From an uncultured Eubacteriales bacterium (GTDB taxonomy: Bacteria > Bacillota > Clostridia > Christensenellales > CAG-917): DNA of 34,553 nucleotides. The notes beneath the pieces are model-generated. The model saw only the letters and a list, made by a program, of their open reading frames with translations, ran no database searches and was not told the origin of the DNA. Positions within the stretch are counted from its first letter, which is position 1; every line of letters starts with the position of its first letter. The position numbers and the translations under genes were made by a program. Where the stretch lies: NCBI GenBank assembly GCA_900550855.1, contig URTQ01000002.1, positions 1 through 34,553 of the forward strand, read 5' to 3'. This document shows positions 24,144 to 33,580 of the stretch, in pieces.

Positions 24144-25727
24144 ATGAAAAAACAAGTAAGTTCGATTTTCAAAAACGCAACGATTGCAACGCTTGTTTCG
24201 GCGGTGATTTTTGTCGCCGTGTTTTGCTGCTTTGCGCTCTTGCCGACTTCCGTTTGCGAGGCAAATTCCGCACTTCGCTACTATGAAGGGCGCGACTCGT
24301 CGGGCGTTATCCTCACCACGAAAGACAGCCCCGTCGTCGTCGAAAAAGAGGATTTGACCTTCGATATTCAATTTGACGAGCATTACCTCAACGGACTTCA
24401 AATAGGGGCGGTCAGCGCAAAGTATACTTTCAAAAATACGAGCGATACCGAGGCAAAAACGAACGTCGTTTTTCCTATCGATTTTTTGAGCGACATCAAC
24501 TATCAGAATAACGACGATTTTTCAAAATACGGCGTCAAAGTCAACGACGAAACCGTAACGAGCAATCTTCGCTATTCCTACAAAGTTCAGGGCAGTACGT
24601 TTTCGGTCGAGGACGATTTGGAATACCTCAAAGACGAGATTATCACCGATGAGTTCTACAAACCCGATACCGTCGTGTACAAATACGTTTACGCCTGCAC
24701 GGCGGGCGACTCGTTCTGCAAGATGTACTTCGGCGGAATCGACGCGCGCAAAATCGTTTGCGAAAACGTGTACACGTCTTACTGGCAAAACCTCGACGGC
24801 GCGGAAAGCATAGGATTTTGGGTGAATAAAAACGAGTATATTTTCTATTCGATAGGCGAGGAAATCGACTTCGCCGCAAGAGCGGAATTTTTCTCGGACT
24901 ACGAGAGAACGAACAGAGTCAACGGCTCTTTCAAACTTTTGAGCAAGCAAGAACTTGCGTTCAGCGACCTTGCCTATCAATATTACGACGAAGATTACGG
25001 CGTGAGCAAAATCGACTGGTACAACGCAGTCTACGCAAGCATTCAGGAAATCTATCCCAAAGTCGCGCAAGGATATAGTTTCAACGTCTACAAAAACTTG
25101 TATTGCTGGTTCGAATACGATATGACGTTCGCACCACAGGAAACTCTCGTAAACGAGGTCGTCGCACCCCTTTATCCCGACATAAACGATATGTATTCGC
25201 CATCCGTTTACGTCTTCAATTATCTCGTGTCGCCCGCTTACACTTGGAAAAGTTTTGCGAATCTCAACGTTACGATAAATACGAATTACTATCTCACCGA
25301 CGCTTCCGAGGACTTCGAACAAATCGAGGGCGGCTACGCTTGGCACAGCGATACGCTTCCGAGCAACGAACTTCAATTTTCGCTCTGTAAGAGTCAGTAC
25401 CCGAGCAGAACTTCGAACGGCATAAAAGTCGCGATAATAAATATAATTCTGCTTTCCGTGCTCGAACCGCTTTGCATAATAATCGTCGGACTCGTCATAG
25501 TGATTGTCGTCATAAAGAAAAAGGAAAAGAACGCGAAGTATGGCGAGCAGAGAAGCAAGTCGAAACGCGCCCGCAGGAACGGAAATAAAACGGATTCTCG
25601 CGCGAACAGTAATGCGAAAAACGACGGCGTATTCGACGGAAACGACCGAAACGAAAACGAGCCGAAAAATATCGATTTATCAAGCGATAAAGAGGGAAAC
25701 GGCGCAAACGACGACAAGGCAGAGTAG
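24144..25727 (+). CDS. Orphan type-I membrane protein, unknown function
   Basis: Signal peptide (cleavage near VCEA-NS). Roughly 400-aa Y/N/D/F-rich ectodomain with no motif I recognise. C-terminal TM helix (VAIINIILLSVLEPLCIIIVGLVIVIVVI), then a roughly 75-aa K/R/N/D-rich tail. Confidence refers to it being a real CDS. Confidence 0.75.
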   Translation: MKKQVSSIFKNATIATLVSAVIFVAVFCCFALLPTSVCEANSALRYYEGRDSSGVILTTKDSPVVVEKEDLTFDIQFDEHYLNGLQIGAVSAKYTFKNTSDTEAKTNVVFPIDFLSDINYQNNDDFSKYGVKVNDETVTSNLRYSYKVQGSTFSVEDDLEYLKDEIITDEFYKPDTVVYKYVYACTAGDSFCKMYFGGIDARKIVCENVYTSYWQNLDGAESIGFWVNKNEYIFYSIGEEIDFAARAEFFSDYERTNRVNGSFKLLSKQELAFSDLAYQYYDEDYGVSKIDWYNAVYASIQEIYPKVAQGYSFNVYKNLYCWFEYDMTFAPQETLVNEVVAPLYPDINDMYSPSVYVFNYLVSPAYTWKSFANLNVTINTNYYLTDASEDFEQIEGGYAWHSDTLPSNELQFSLCKSQYPSRTSNGIKVAIINIILLSVLEPLCIIIVGLVIVIVVIKKKEKNAKYGEQRSKSKRARRNGNKTDSRANSNAKNDGVFDGNDRNENEPKNIDLSSDKEGNGANDDKAE

Positions 25728-25748
25728 TCGAAAACGCAAAATCACGAG

Positions 25749-25783
25749 TATGCAATCGAAAATTATCGATTGCATATTTTTTT
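25749..25783 (+). terminator. Rho-independent terminator after the 527-aa gene
   Basis: TATGCAATCGA (25749-25759), loop AAATTA, TCGATTGCATA (25766-25776), T-run 25777-25783. Confidence 0.8.
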
Positions 25784-25823
25784 GTCCGTTTTGCATTAAA
25801 AATTATCGATAGACGGCGAAATA

Positions 25824-25864
25824 TCGATATATTCTTGACAATTCGATATAATAAGAAGTATATT
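25824..25864 (+). promoter_or_regulatory. rex promoter region (two overlapping candidates)
   Basis: TTGACA (25835-25840), 18-nt spacer, TATATT (25859-25864). Alternatively TCGATA (25824-25829), 17-nt spacer, TATAAT (25847-25852). Confidence 0.4.
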
Positions 25865-25895
25865 TTTATCGATAAAAGCCAAAGAGGTGCGCTAA

Positions 25896-26540
25896 ATGAC
25901 AAAAGACAACAAGGAAATCTCTAAGGCGACTCTCAACAGACTGCCGTCTTACCTTAAATATTTGTATCAACTCGACAAACTCAACGTCGCAACCGTTTCC
26001 AGCACCACGATTGCAAACGGACTCAACCTCAATCCCGTGCAGGTGAGAAAGGACATCGCGCTCGTATCGTCGGTCGCGGGCAAACCCAAAATGGGTTACG
26101 TCACAAAAGAAATTATTGCCGACCTTGAAAGTTTCCTCGGCTACAACAACACTCACGACGCGATTTTGGTGGGCGTGGGCGGACTCGGCAAAGCGTTTTT
26201 GGGTTACGGCGGTTTTGAAAACTACGGCTTGAACATCGTTGCGGCGTTTGACAACAACGACAGAATCGTAAACACCAAAATCAACGGCAAACCCGTGTAC
26301 GACGTTGCAAAACTCAAAGAAATCGTCGAAAGATTCAACATCCAAATCGGTATCATAACCGTGCCGTCCTACGCGGCGCAAGAAGTTGCCGACAGAATGG
26401 TGAGCGCAGGCATAAAGGCAATATGGAACTTTGCTTCGGTACACCTCAACATTCCCTCGAACATCGCGCTCAAAAACGAAGACCTTGCGTCCTCGCTCGC
26501 GCTGTTGTCCTTGCAAATCCAACAAAACCGCAACGACTGA
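25896..26540 (+). CDS. rex: Redox-sensing transcriptional repressor Rex
   Basis: ATLNRLPSYLKYL wHTH N-terminus, SS..IA..L...P.QVRKD, Rossmann motif VGVGGLGKAF, IGIITVP. AGAGG RBS. Confidence 0.9.
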   Translation: MTKDNKEISKATLNRLPSYLKYLYQLDKLNVATVSSTTIANGLNLNPVQVRKDIALVSSVAGKPKMGYVTKEIIADLESFLGYNNTHDAILVGVGGLGKAFLGYGGFENYGLNIVAAFDNNDRIVNTKINGKPVYDVAKLKEIVERFNIQIGIITVPSYAAQEVADRMVSAGIKAIWNFASVHLNIPSNIALKNEDLASSLALLSLQIQQNRND

Positions 26541-26574
26541 AAAATAACAGAAAACGAATCGATTATAAAAACAG

Positions 26575-26607
26575 AGGCAAGCAAAGCGCTTGCCTTTATG
26601 TTTTTAT
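26575..26607 (+). terminator. Rho-independent terminator after rex
   Basis: AGGCAAGC (26575-26582), loop AAAGC, GCTTGCCT (26588-26595), T-rich tail. Confidence 0.7.
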
Positions 26608-26661
26608 TGTGGTTTTTTTGCGTTTTTATGAGCCGTTTGCGCAGGGTTAATGTTCGACGAT

Positions 26662-26689
26662 TTGAAAAAAACATTGCTATATTTATTAT
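26662..26689 (+). promoter_or_regulatory. Candidate promoter of the wHTH-TM pair / uvrBA unit
   Basis: TTGAAA (26662-26667), 16-nt spacer, TATTAT (26684-26689). Lies after the rex terminator and about 40 nt upstream of the 26728 start. Confidence 0.35.
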
Positions 26690-26727
26690 ATTATGTTAAT
26701 ATTTTAGGAAGAATAAGGAGATTGATT

Positions 26728-27165
26728 ATGCTCTCACTCGAATGTCAAACAGTGTACGACCTCATTCGCCAAATCGCCGGCGAGGAAGAAGTGTACAAAA
26801 TCATCGAAGCGGACGAAATTCTGGAAAGAATCCCCAAAGCGATACCCCTTTCCAAAATACAGTTGTCGGCAATCATTAGAGAACTCAAAGACAGAGAGTA
26901 CATACTCGTGAAATACTTTACGCCCGACGAGTACTGCCTCAGTGTAGTAAAGAGGCTCGAAGAAGCCCCGAAACCCGCCGCGCAAGCGCCTGCCGTAGAG
27001 GAAGAAAAACCGCAAGAGCGCACTCTTTATCAAAACAAACAAATCAAGGCAAAATCCGAAAAAACGGTCGGCAAAGGCGTATTGTTTTTGATGTCCCTTC
27101 TCGGAAGCCTTGTGGGCAGCGCAATAGTTGCAGTTATAACAGTTCTGCTCATAAAATTCTTGTAA
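26728..27165 (+). CDS. Membrane-anchored winged-helix-like protein, paralogue 1 (unknown function)
   Basis: ATG 26728 with AAGGAG RBS 7 nt upstream (the track start at 26650 lacks an RBS). Roughly 75-aa helical N-domain, P/A/E/K linker, C-terminal TM helix (VLFLMSLLGSLVGSAIVAVITVLLI). Confidence 0.6.
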   Translation: MLSLECQTVYDLIRQIAGEEEVYKIIEADEILERIPKAIPLSKIQLSAIIRELKDREYILVKYFTPDEYCLSVVKRLEEAPKPAAQAPAVEEEKPQERTLYQNKQIKAKSEKTVGKGVLFLMSLLGSLVGSAIVAVITVLLIKFL

Positions 27166-27239
27166 TAACACAATAATCACAAAGTTTAGCGCACGAATTT
27201 TAAATAAAAATGCCGTGCACCGTACAATAGAGGCAAAAA

Positions 27240-27644
27240 ATGCAAGTGCAGGTTGACAGACAGCACGTCTTGACAAAAAAAGAAAAAGCGGTGATGAGAG
27301 TCATCTATCAAGAGGCGGACAAGCAAAACGGCTCTTGTCTTCTCACGCCCATCGAGATTTTCGAAAAACTTCCGCTTGACTTGCCTTTTGAAGAAGACGA
27401 ACTCGACACCACTTTGCGCAATCTCGAAATCGACGATTATTTCGATATAACCCGTTCGGACAAGAAAGGCGAGTTGGTGTATTGCATCAATATGCAAAAG
27501 AAAGGACTTCAATTCGCAAGGGTCGAGCGCGCGTTCAAGAGCAATCTCGTGTTCAAAATACTTTTGACGCTCGGACTTAGCGTCGTGACCGCGCTCATAG
27601 GCGTGGGCATAAGGCAGTTGGTGGCGTTTTTACTCGGACAATGA
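27240..27644 (+). CDS. Membrane-anchored winged-helix-like protein, paralogue 2 (unknown function)
   Basis: Same architecture as 26728-27165. [30 protein letters not shown] aligns with EILERIPKAIPLSKIQLSAIIRELKDREYI. C-terminal TM helix. The stop overlaps the uvrB ATG (ATGA). Confidence 0.6.
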   Translation: MQVQVDRQHVLTKKEKAVMRVIYQEADKQNGSCLLTPIEIFEKLPLDLPFEEDELDTTLRNLEIDDYFDITRSDKKGELVYCINMQKKGLQFARVERAFKSNLVFKILLTLGLSVVTALIGVGIRQLVAFLLGQ

Positions 27645-29596
27645 AATTTGAACTGGTCAGTAAATACAAACCTACGGGCGATCAACCCGAGGCAATAAAC
27701 AAAATCGTTGAGGGTCTAAAAGACGGATTCAACACCGAAGTTTTGCTGGGCGTTACGGGCTCGGGCAAAACTTTTACTATGGCGAACATTATCGAGCGTA
27801 TGCAAAAACCGACGCTCGTCATTGCGCACAACAAGACTCTTGCGGCGCAACTTTGCAACGAACTTCGCGAATTTTTCCCGAAAAACAGAGTCGAATTTTT
27901 CGTTTCATATTACGACTATTATCAGCCCGAAGCGTACATTCCTCGCACCGACACATATATCGAAAAAGACTTGCAAGTCAACGAGGAAATCGACAAATTG
28001 CGCAACTCTGCCACCGCTTCGCTTTGCGAGAGAGAAGACACCATCGTCGTTGCGAGCGTATCCTGCATTTACGGCTTGGGTGCGCCGACCGACTATTTTG
28101 AAAACTCGATATCCTTGCGCGAGGGCGATGAAATCGACCGCGACGAACTTGCTCGCCGCCTCGTTGACATTCAGTACAAGAGAGCGGATTTGGATTTCGT
28201 GCGTTCGACGTTCCGTATGCGCGGCGATACGGTGGATATTTTCCCGTCCACGAGTTCGGAAGTGGCGGTCAGAATCGAGATGTTCGGCGACACCGTCGAG
28301 CGCATTTGCGAGATTGACGGCACGACGTCAAAAGTGCTTAACGAACTCAAACATACCTTGATTTTCCCTGCGACGCAGTACGTCATAAGCGGCGATAAAG
28401 AGGCGATTTTGCGCCGCATTATGCTCGACAAAGCCGAGCGCGTAAAATATTTCGAGGAAAGGGGCAAACTCATAGAGGCGCAACGCATAGACGAGAGAGT
28501 AAACTACGACGTCGAGATGATTCGAGAGGTCGGATATTGCAGCGGAATCGAAAACTATTCGCGCTACTTCGACGGCAGACAACCGGGTCAAGCGCCGTAC
28601 ACGCTTCTCGACTTTTTCGGCAAGGATTTCATCACGTTTATCGACGAAAGCCATATGACCATTCCGCAAATTCGCGCTATGTACAACGGCGACAGAGCGA
28701 GAAAGGACAACCTCGTCGAGTACGGCTTCCGACTTCCGTCGGCGTACGACAACAGACCCCTTCGCTTCGAGGAATTTGACGCGCGCATACGCCAACTCGT
28801 GTGCATGTCCGCAACGCCCGCGCAGTACGAACTCGACAGAGCCGACCTCGTTGCCGAGCAGATTATAAGACCGACGGGACTTTTAGACCCCGAAATCGAA
28901 ATCAAGCCTATCGACGGACAAATCGACGACCTCATAGGCGAGATAAACGCCGTCGTCAAAAACAAGGGCAGAGTGCTTGTCACGACCCTCACCAAAAAGA
29001 TGGCGGAAAACCTCACCGATTATCTCAAAGAAGTGGGAATCAAGGTGCGCTATATGCACTCGGACATCGACACGCTCGAACGTATCGACATCGTGAAAGG
29101 ACTGCGTGAGGGCGAGTTCGACGTGCTGGTCGGTATCAACCTTTTGCGTGAAGGTCTCGACCTTCCCGAAGTGCAACTCGTCGCCATACTCGACGCTGAC
29201 AAGGAAGGCTTTTTGAGAAGCGAGAGCGCGCTCATTCAGACCATAGGCAGAGCGGCGAGAAACGACAAGGGCAAAGTGATTATGTACGCCGACACTATGA
29301 CGCAGAGTATGCAAAAGGCGTACGACGAAACTATGCGCCGCAGAAAGATTCAGGACGAGTACAACAAGGCGCACGGCATAGTGCCGAAGACGGTAGTAAG
29401 CGCAATCAAAAATTCGCTTGAAATCACCAAAAAGGCAGTTAACAACGAAAAATTGAGCGTTAAAGATATGATTAAGGAAGTCGAACGCCTCAAAGGTCTT
29501 ATGCAAGTCGCCGCCGAAAGACTGGATTTCGAAAAGGCGATTCTCATTCGCGACGAACTCAACGACCTCAAAAAACAAATCAAAAAATTGAGTTGA
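27641..29596 (+). CDS. uvrB: Excinuclease ABC subunit B
   Basis: [20 protein letters not shown] Walker A, DESH box, helicase motifs, C-terminal UVR domain ([11 protein letters not shown]). Confidence 0.95.
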   Translation: MKFELVSKYKPTGDQPEAINKIVEGLKDGFNTEVLLGVTGSGKTFTMANIIERMQKPTLVIAHNKTLAAQLCNELREFFPKNRVEFFVSYYDYYQPEAYIPRTDTYIEKDLQVNEEIDKLRNSATASLCEREDTIVVASVSCIYGLGAPTDYFENSISLREGDEIDRDELARRLVDIQYKRADLDFVRSTFRMRGDTVDIFPSTSSEVAVRIEMFGDTVERICEIDGTTSKVLNELKHTLIFPATQYVISGDKEAILRRIMLDKAERVKYFEERGKLIEAQRIDERVNYDVEMIREVGYCSGIENYSRYFDGRQPGQAPYTLLDFFGKDFITFIDESHMTIPQIRAMYNGDRARKDNLVEYGFRLPSAYDNRPLRFEEFDARIRQLVCMSATPAQYELDRADLVAEQIIRPTGLLDPEIEIKPIDGQIDDLIGEINAVVKNKGRVLVTTLTKKMAENLTDYLKEVGIKVRYMHSDIDTLERIDIVKGLREGEFDVLVGINLLREGLDLPEVQLVAILDADKEGFLRSESALIQTIGRAARNDKGKVIMYADTMTQSMQKAYDETMRRRKIQDEYNKAHGIVPKTVVSAIKNSLEITKKAVNNEKLSVKDMIKEVERLKGLMQVAAERLDFEKAILIRDELNDLKKQIKKLS

Positions 29597-29714
29597 AAAG
29601 GCAAATACGGGCAGAATAACAAGACAGACAAGGACAAAATAACAACGATAAAAAGGCGCATAAAAAGCATATAAAACGGGCTTTTTGCGCAAGGCATATT
29701 TAGAGAATAAAACT

Positions 29715-32531
29715 ATGGGTATCGACAAAATTTACATCAAAGGCGCGAGGGAAAACAACCTCAAAAACATCGACCTCGAAATACCGCGCGACAAACTCGT
29801 CGTGTTTACGGGATTGAGCGGAAGCGGCAAATCGTCGCTTGCGTTCGACACTATCTTCGCGGAAGGACAAAGACGTTACGTCGAAAGCCTTTCCAGTTAC
29901 GCGCGTATGTTCCTCGGACAAATGCAAAAACCCGACGTGGACTACATCGAAGGTCTTTCCCCCGCCGTTTCAATCGACCAAAAAACGACCTCGCACAACC
30001 CTCGCTCGACCGTGGGTACGGTGACGGAAATATACGACTATTTCCGCTTGCTGTTCGCAAGAATCGGCACGCCGCATTGCCCAAAGTGCGGACGTGAAAT
30101 CGAACGTCAGACGGTTGACCAAATCTGCGACAAGATTATGGAAAGAGAGGGCGCAAAACTTCAACTTCTCGCGCCCGTCGTGAGAGGAAGAAAGGGCGAG
30201 TACCGCAAGGAACTCGAACAATTCAAGCGCGCAGGTTACGTCCGCGTGAGAGTGGACGGGGTGAACTACACGCTCGACGAGGAAATAAAACTCGACAAAA
30301 ACGTCAAACATAACATAAGCGTGGTTATCGACAGAATCGTGGTTAAGGACGGTTCGCAACGCCGCATATCCGACGCAATCGAAAACGCGATAAAATTGTC
30401 CGAAGGACTTGTGATTGCCGACTTTGACGGCGAAGAAGTGCTGTATTCCACAAAGTACGCTTGCCCCGATTGCGATTTGAGTTTCGAGGAACTCACGCCG
30501 AGATTGTTCTCGTTCAACAATCCTTACGGCGCGTGCCCCGAATGCGGCGGACTCGGATTCCGCAACGAAATCGACGTAAATCTGCTTGTCACCGACTGGA
30601 ACAAATCCCTCAAAGACGGCGCGATAAAAGTGAGCGGCTGGGACGCGGGGCATATGTCGCAAATGCAGTTCAAGGCACTTTCGCAAGCGTACGGATTTTC
30701 TCTCGATACGCCGCTTAAAGACTTGCCGCAAAACATCCTCGACATCATCTTTTACGGCAACGACGGCGACCGTATTCCTATGGAATACAACTCGCGCACG
30801 TTCAGCGGTTTCTACAAGGCGAGTTACGAGGGCGTGGCAAGAAACCTTATGCGCCGATTCAACGAAACGGACAGCGAACTCATAAAGAACGAGATTTCCA
30901 AGTATATGAAAGAAGTGCCTTGCTCGAAATGCGGCGGAAAGAGGCTCAAACCCGAAGCCCTCGCCGTTACGATTGCGGGAAAGAATATATACGAACTCAC
31001 CGAGATGTCCATATCGAAACTCAAAGACTTTATGCAATCTCTTACGCTCACGAACACGCAACATCTCATTGCGGACAGAATCGTCAAAGAGATTTGCGCA
31101 AGGCTCGACTTTTTGATTAACGTAGGACTGGATTACCTCACTCTTTCGCGTTCGGCAACCACTTTGAGCGGCGGCGAGTCGCAACGTATTCGTCTTGCAA
31201 CCCAAATCGGAAGCGGACTTACGGGCGTTTTGTACATTCTCGACGAGCCGAGCATAGGCTTGCACCAAAAGGATAATCAACGCCTCTTGCAATCACTCAA
31301 AAATTTGCGCGATATAGGCAACACGCTCATCGTCGTCGAACACGACGAGGAAACCATACGCAGTGCGGATTATATCGTCGATATAGGTCCGGGGGCAGGC
31401 GTACACGGCGGCAACGTCGTTGCGTGCGGAAGCGTCGAGGACGTCATAAAGAGCAAGGACAGCATAACGGGCAAGTATCTGAGCGGTGAACTCTCGATAC
31501 CCGTTCCCATTGCAAGACGCTCGTCAAACGGAAAGTCTATCGTCATCAAGGGCGCAAGACAAAACAACCTCAAAAACGTAAACGTCGAGATTCCGCTCGG
31601 CGTGTTCAACTGCGTTACGGGCGTGTCGGGCAGCGGCAAATCCTCGCTCGTCAACGAAGTGCTTTATCCCGCGCTTTCAAACGCGCTTATGCGCTCGAAC
31701 GTCAAACAAGGCAACTACGACAGTATCGAGGGCATCGAAAACGTGGACAAGGTCATTTGCATAGACCAAAGCCCGATAGGCAAAACGCCGCGTTCTAACC
31801 CCGCAACGTACACGGGCGTTTTCGGCGACATTAGGGAACTGTTCGCAACCCTTCCCGATTCCAAAGCGAGAGGCTACACCGCAGGCAGATTTTCCTTCAA
31901 CGTCAACGGCGGCAGATGCGAGCATTGCGGCGGCGACGGCATAATCAAAATCGAAATGCACTTCCTTCCCGACGTGTACGTTCCCTGCGAAGTCTGCAAG
32001 GGCGCAAGATACAATCGCGAAACCCTCGAAGTGCGCTACAAAGGCAAAAATATCAGCGACGTGCTCGATATGACCATCGAGGAAGCCACCGAATTTTTTG
32101 CTAACATACCCAAAATCAAAAACAAAATCAAAACCCTCAACGACGTCGGTCTCGGCTACGTCAAACTCGGTCAGTCCTCAACCACTTTGAGCGGCGGCGA
32201 AGCGCAACGCGTCAAACTCGCCACCGAACTCTCTCGCCGTTCCACCGGCAAAACCGTCTATATACTCGACGAACCAACGACCGGACTTCACACCCACGAC
32301 GTTGCCAAACTCATCACCATTCTCGACCGCCTTGTCGAGCAAGGCAACACCGTCGTCGTCATCGAACATAATCTCGACGTCGTCAAAGTTGCCGACAACA
32401 TCATCGATCTAGGACCGGACGGCGGCGATCGCGGCGGCACGATAGTTGCGCAAGGAACACCGGAAGAGGTTGCACTTGTGGCTCGTTCATACACCGGTCA
32501 ATTCCTTAAAACCGTGCTATTTGGCGAATAA
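29715..32531 (+). CDS. uvrA: Excinuclease ABC subunit A
   Basis: [17 protein letters not shown], two Walker A motifs ([20 protein letters not shown]), two LSGGE signatures, zinc-finger cysteines. ATG 29715 is chosen over the track's TTG 29685 because UvrA proteins begin just before the I.GA+.HNLK motif. Confidence 0.95.
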   Translation: MGIDKIYIKGARENNLKNIDLEIPRDKLVVFTGLSGSGKSSLAFDTIFAEGQRRYVESLSSYARMFLGQMQKPDVDYIEGLSPAVSIDQKTTSHNPRSTVGTVTEIYDYFRLLFARIGTPHCPKCGREIERQTVDQICDKIMEREGAKLQLLAPVVRGRKGEYRKELEQFKRAGYVRVRVDGVNYTLDEEIKLDKNVKHNISVVIDRIVVKDGSQRRISDAIENAIKLSEGLVIADFDGEEVLYSTKYACPDCDLSFEELTPRLFSFNNPYGACPECGGLGFRNEIDVNLLVTDWNKSLKDGAIKVSGWDAGHMSQMQFKALSQAYGFSLDTPLKDLPQNILDIIFYGNDGDRIPMEYNSRTFSGFYKASYEGVARNLMRRFNETDSELIKNEISKYMKEVPCSKCGGKRLKPEALAVTIAGKNIYELTEMSISKLKDFMQSLTLTNTQHLIADRIVKEICARLDFLINVGLDYLTLSRSATTLSGGESQRIRLATQIGSGLTGVLYILDEPSIGLHQKDNQRLLQSLKNLRDIGNTLIVVEHDEETIRSADYIVDIGPGAGVHGGNVVACGSVEDVIKSKDSITGKYLSGELSIPVPIARRSSNGKSIVIKGARQNNLKNVNVEIPLGVFNCVTGVSGSGKSSLVNEVLYPALSNALMRSNVKQGNYDSIEGIENVDKVICIDQSPIGKTPRSNPATYTGVFGDIRELFATLPDSKARGYTAGRFSFNVNGGRCEHCGGDGIIKIEMHFLPDVYVPCEVCKGARYNRETLEVRYKGKNISDVLDMTIEEATEFFANIPKIKNKIKTLNDVGLGYVKLGQSSTTLSGGEAQRVKLATELSRRSTGKTVYILDEPTTGLHTHDVAKLITILDRLVEQGNTVVVIEHNLDVVKVADNIIDLGPDGGDRGGTIVAQGTPEEVALVARSYTGQFLKTVLFGE

Positions 32532-32615
32532 CGTCGTCAGCCGCGATTTTTTCGCAAGTCACGTACGCATCAGTACGCTCGTTGCTCAAAAATCGCGCCT
32601 TCCTTGTTCTTCATC
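32524..32615 (+). repeat. Structured intergenic repeat, copy B
   Basis: Same three conserved blocks as 8827-8970. The 5' block GCGAATAACGTCG contains the uvrA stop codon. Helix 32542-32557 pairs with 32582-32597 using a sequence different from copy A. Confidence 0.7.
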
Positions 32616-32690
32616 CAAATATCACGGTTTTAATAGAGTGAAGTGGATTATCACATCTTACAACAAAATAAAAATAGGGAATCTAACTCT

Positions 32691-33530
32691 ATGATAAAAC
32701 TTGTAGACTTCTTGAATATCGAAGATTGCGATTTGGCAAAGTACAAAATCCATTTTGCTATCGGAACAAAAGATAAAGACGAACCCTATCAAATCTTTTT
32801 GACGGGTGGTTTCGACGAGTGGCAAAGCATACAAACCAACAAGAATTTCAATTTGGATTATGTCGTTTCTCTCGTCTATTACAAGAAAGACGTTTGGATG
32901 TTTGCAGGCGTATTCAAAGTCAACGGCGAACCGCGCGAAATAGAACATAAAGACAAGCGACATTGGAAGTATAACTTGGAAAAAACCGACGTCCAAAGCG
33001 ATATGATAGGCAAGTGTTTTTTTGAGTACAAGAAAGAATTTCGCGCGTCCTATCCGTCAATGACATTAAAGCCGAAAAACGGCGCAGCGTTAAGTGATAT
33101 ACAAATTGCGTTTATAAACGAAAAGCGTGCGACAATAAACGATTTTGACGGTTTCGACAAAATCAATATTCCGTATTCAACCTTAAAATATATCGTTGAC
33201 AACAACTTGCCGTCTTGGAAACCCGCTCTTTCAAACGTGAAAGGCGTGTACATAATCGTCGATACCAAAAACGGAAAGCAATATGTCGGAAGCGCATACG
33301 GCGACGAGTGCATTTGGCAACGCTGGCAAGCGTATGCAAAAACGGGACACGGCGGAAATGCCGAACTGAAAAACATTCTCGAACAGCACGGCGAAGATTA
33401 CAAAAACAATTTCAAATATTCGATTTTAGAAGTGTGCAATTTGAACCTCGGCAACGATTACGTCATAGCGAGAGAGTCGTACTGGAAAGAAGTTTTGATG
33501 ACAAGAGATTACGGACTAAACAAAAACTAA
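32691..33530 (+). CDS. GIY-YIG nuclease domain protein with an unknown roughly 190-aa N-terminal domain
   Basis: C-terminal GVYIIVD...GKQYVGSAYG (GIY...YIG), then RW..Y...GHGGN, then ARESYWK (catalytic Glu context). ATG 32691 is preferred over the track's GTG 32643. Visibly more AT-rich than its neighbours. Confidence 0.8.
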   Translation: MIKLVDFLNIEDCDLAKYKIHFAIGTKDKDEPYQIFLTGGFDEWQSIQTNKNFNLDYVVSLVYYKKDVWMFAGVFKVNGEPREIEHKDKRHWKYNLEKTDVQSDMIGKCFFEYKKEFRASYPSMTLKPKNGAALSDIQIAFINEKRATINDFDGFDKINIPYSTLKYIVDNNLPSWKPALSNVKGVYIIVDTKNGKQYVGSAYGDECIWQRWQAYAKTGHGGNAELKNILEQHGEDYKNNFKYSILEVCNLNLGNDYVIARESYWKEVLMTRDYGLNKN

Positions 33531-33532
33531 TA

Positions 33533-33561
33533 AAAAAATCGAGCACTGCGCTCGATTTTTT
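33533..33561. terminator. Bidirectional terminator between convergent genes
   Basis: A-run, then AAATCGAGC (33536-33544), 5-nt loop, GCTCGATTT (33550-33558), then T-run. Lies between the GIY-YIG gene (+) and the dehydrogenase-like gene (-). Confidence 0.8.
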
Positions 33562-33580
33562 GTTTGGTTTTAATTGGTTT

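Noticed and set aside
26541-27640. Search for a LexA (Cheo box, CGAAC-N4-GTTCG) operator upstream of uvrB/uvrA
   Set aside because: No acceptable match was seen by eye here or in 29597-29714. Only an AATGTT-N15-AACATT repeat occurs (26649-26675), with the wrong spacing and sequence.
32524-32615. Integron attC-site interpretation of the structured repeat
   Set aside because: The ends do not fit the RYYYAAC ... GTTRRRY core sites (GAATAAC and GTTCTTC both fail). No intI gene or cassette array is present in the window.
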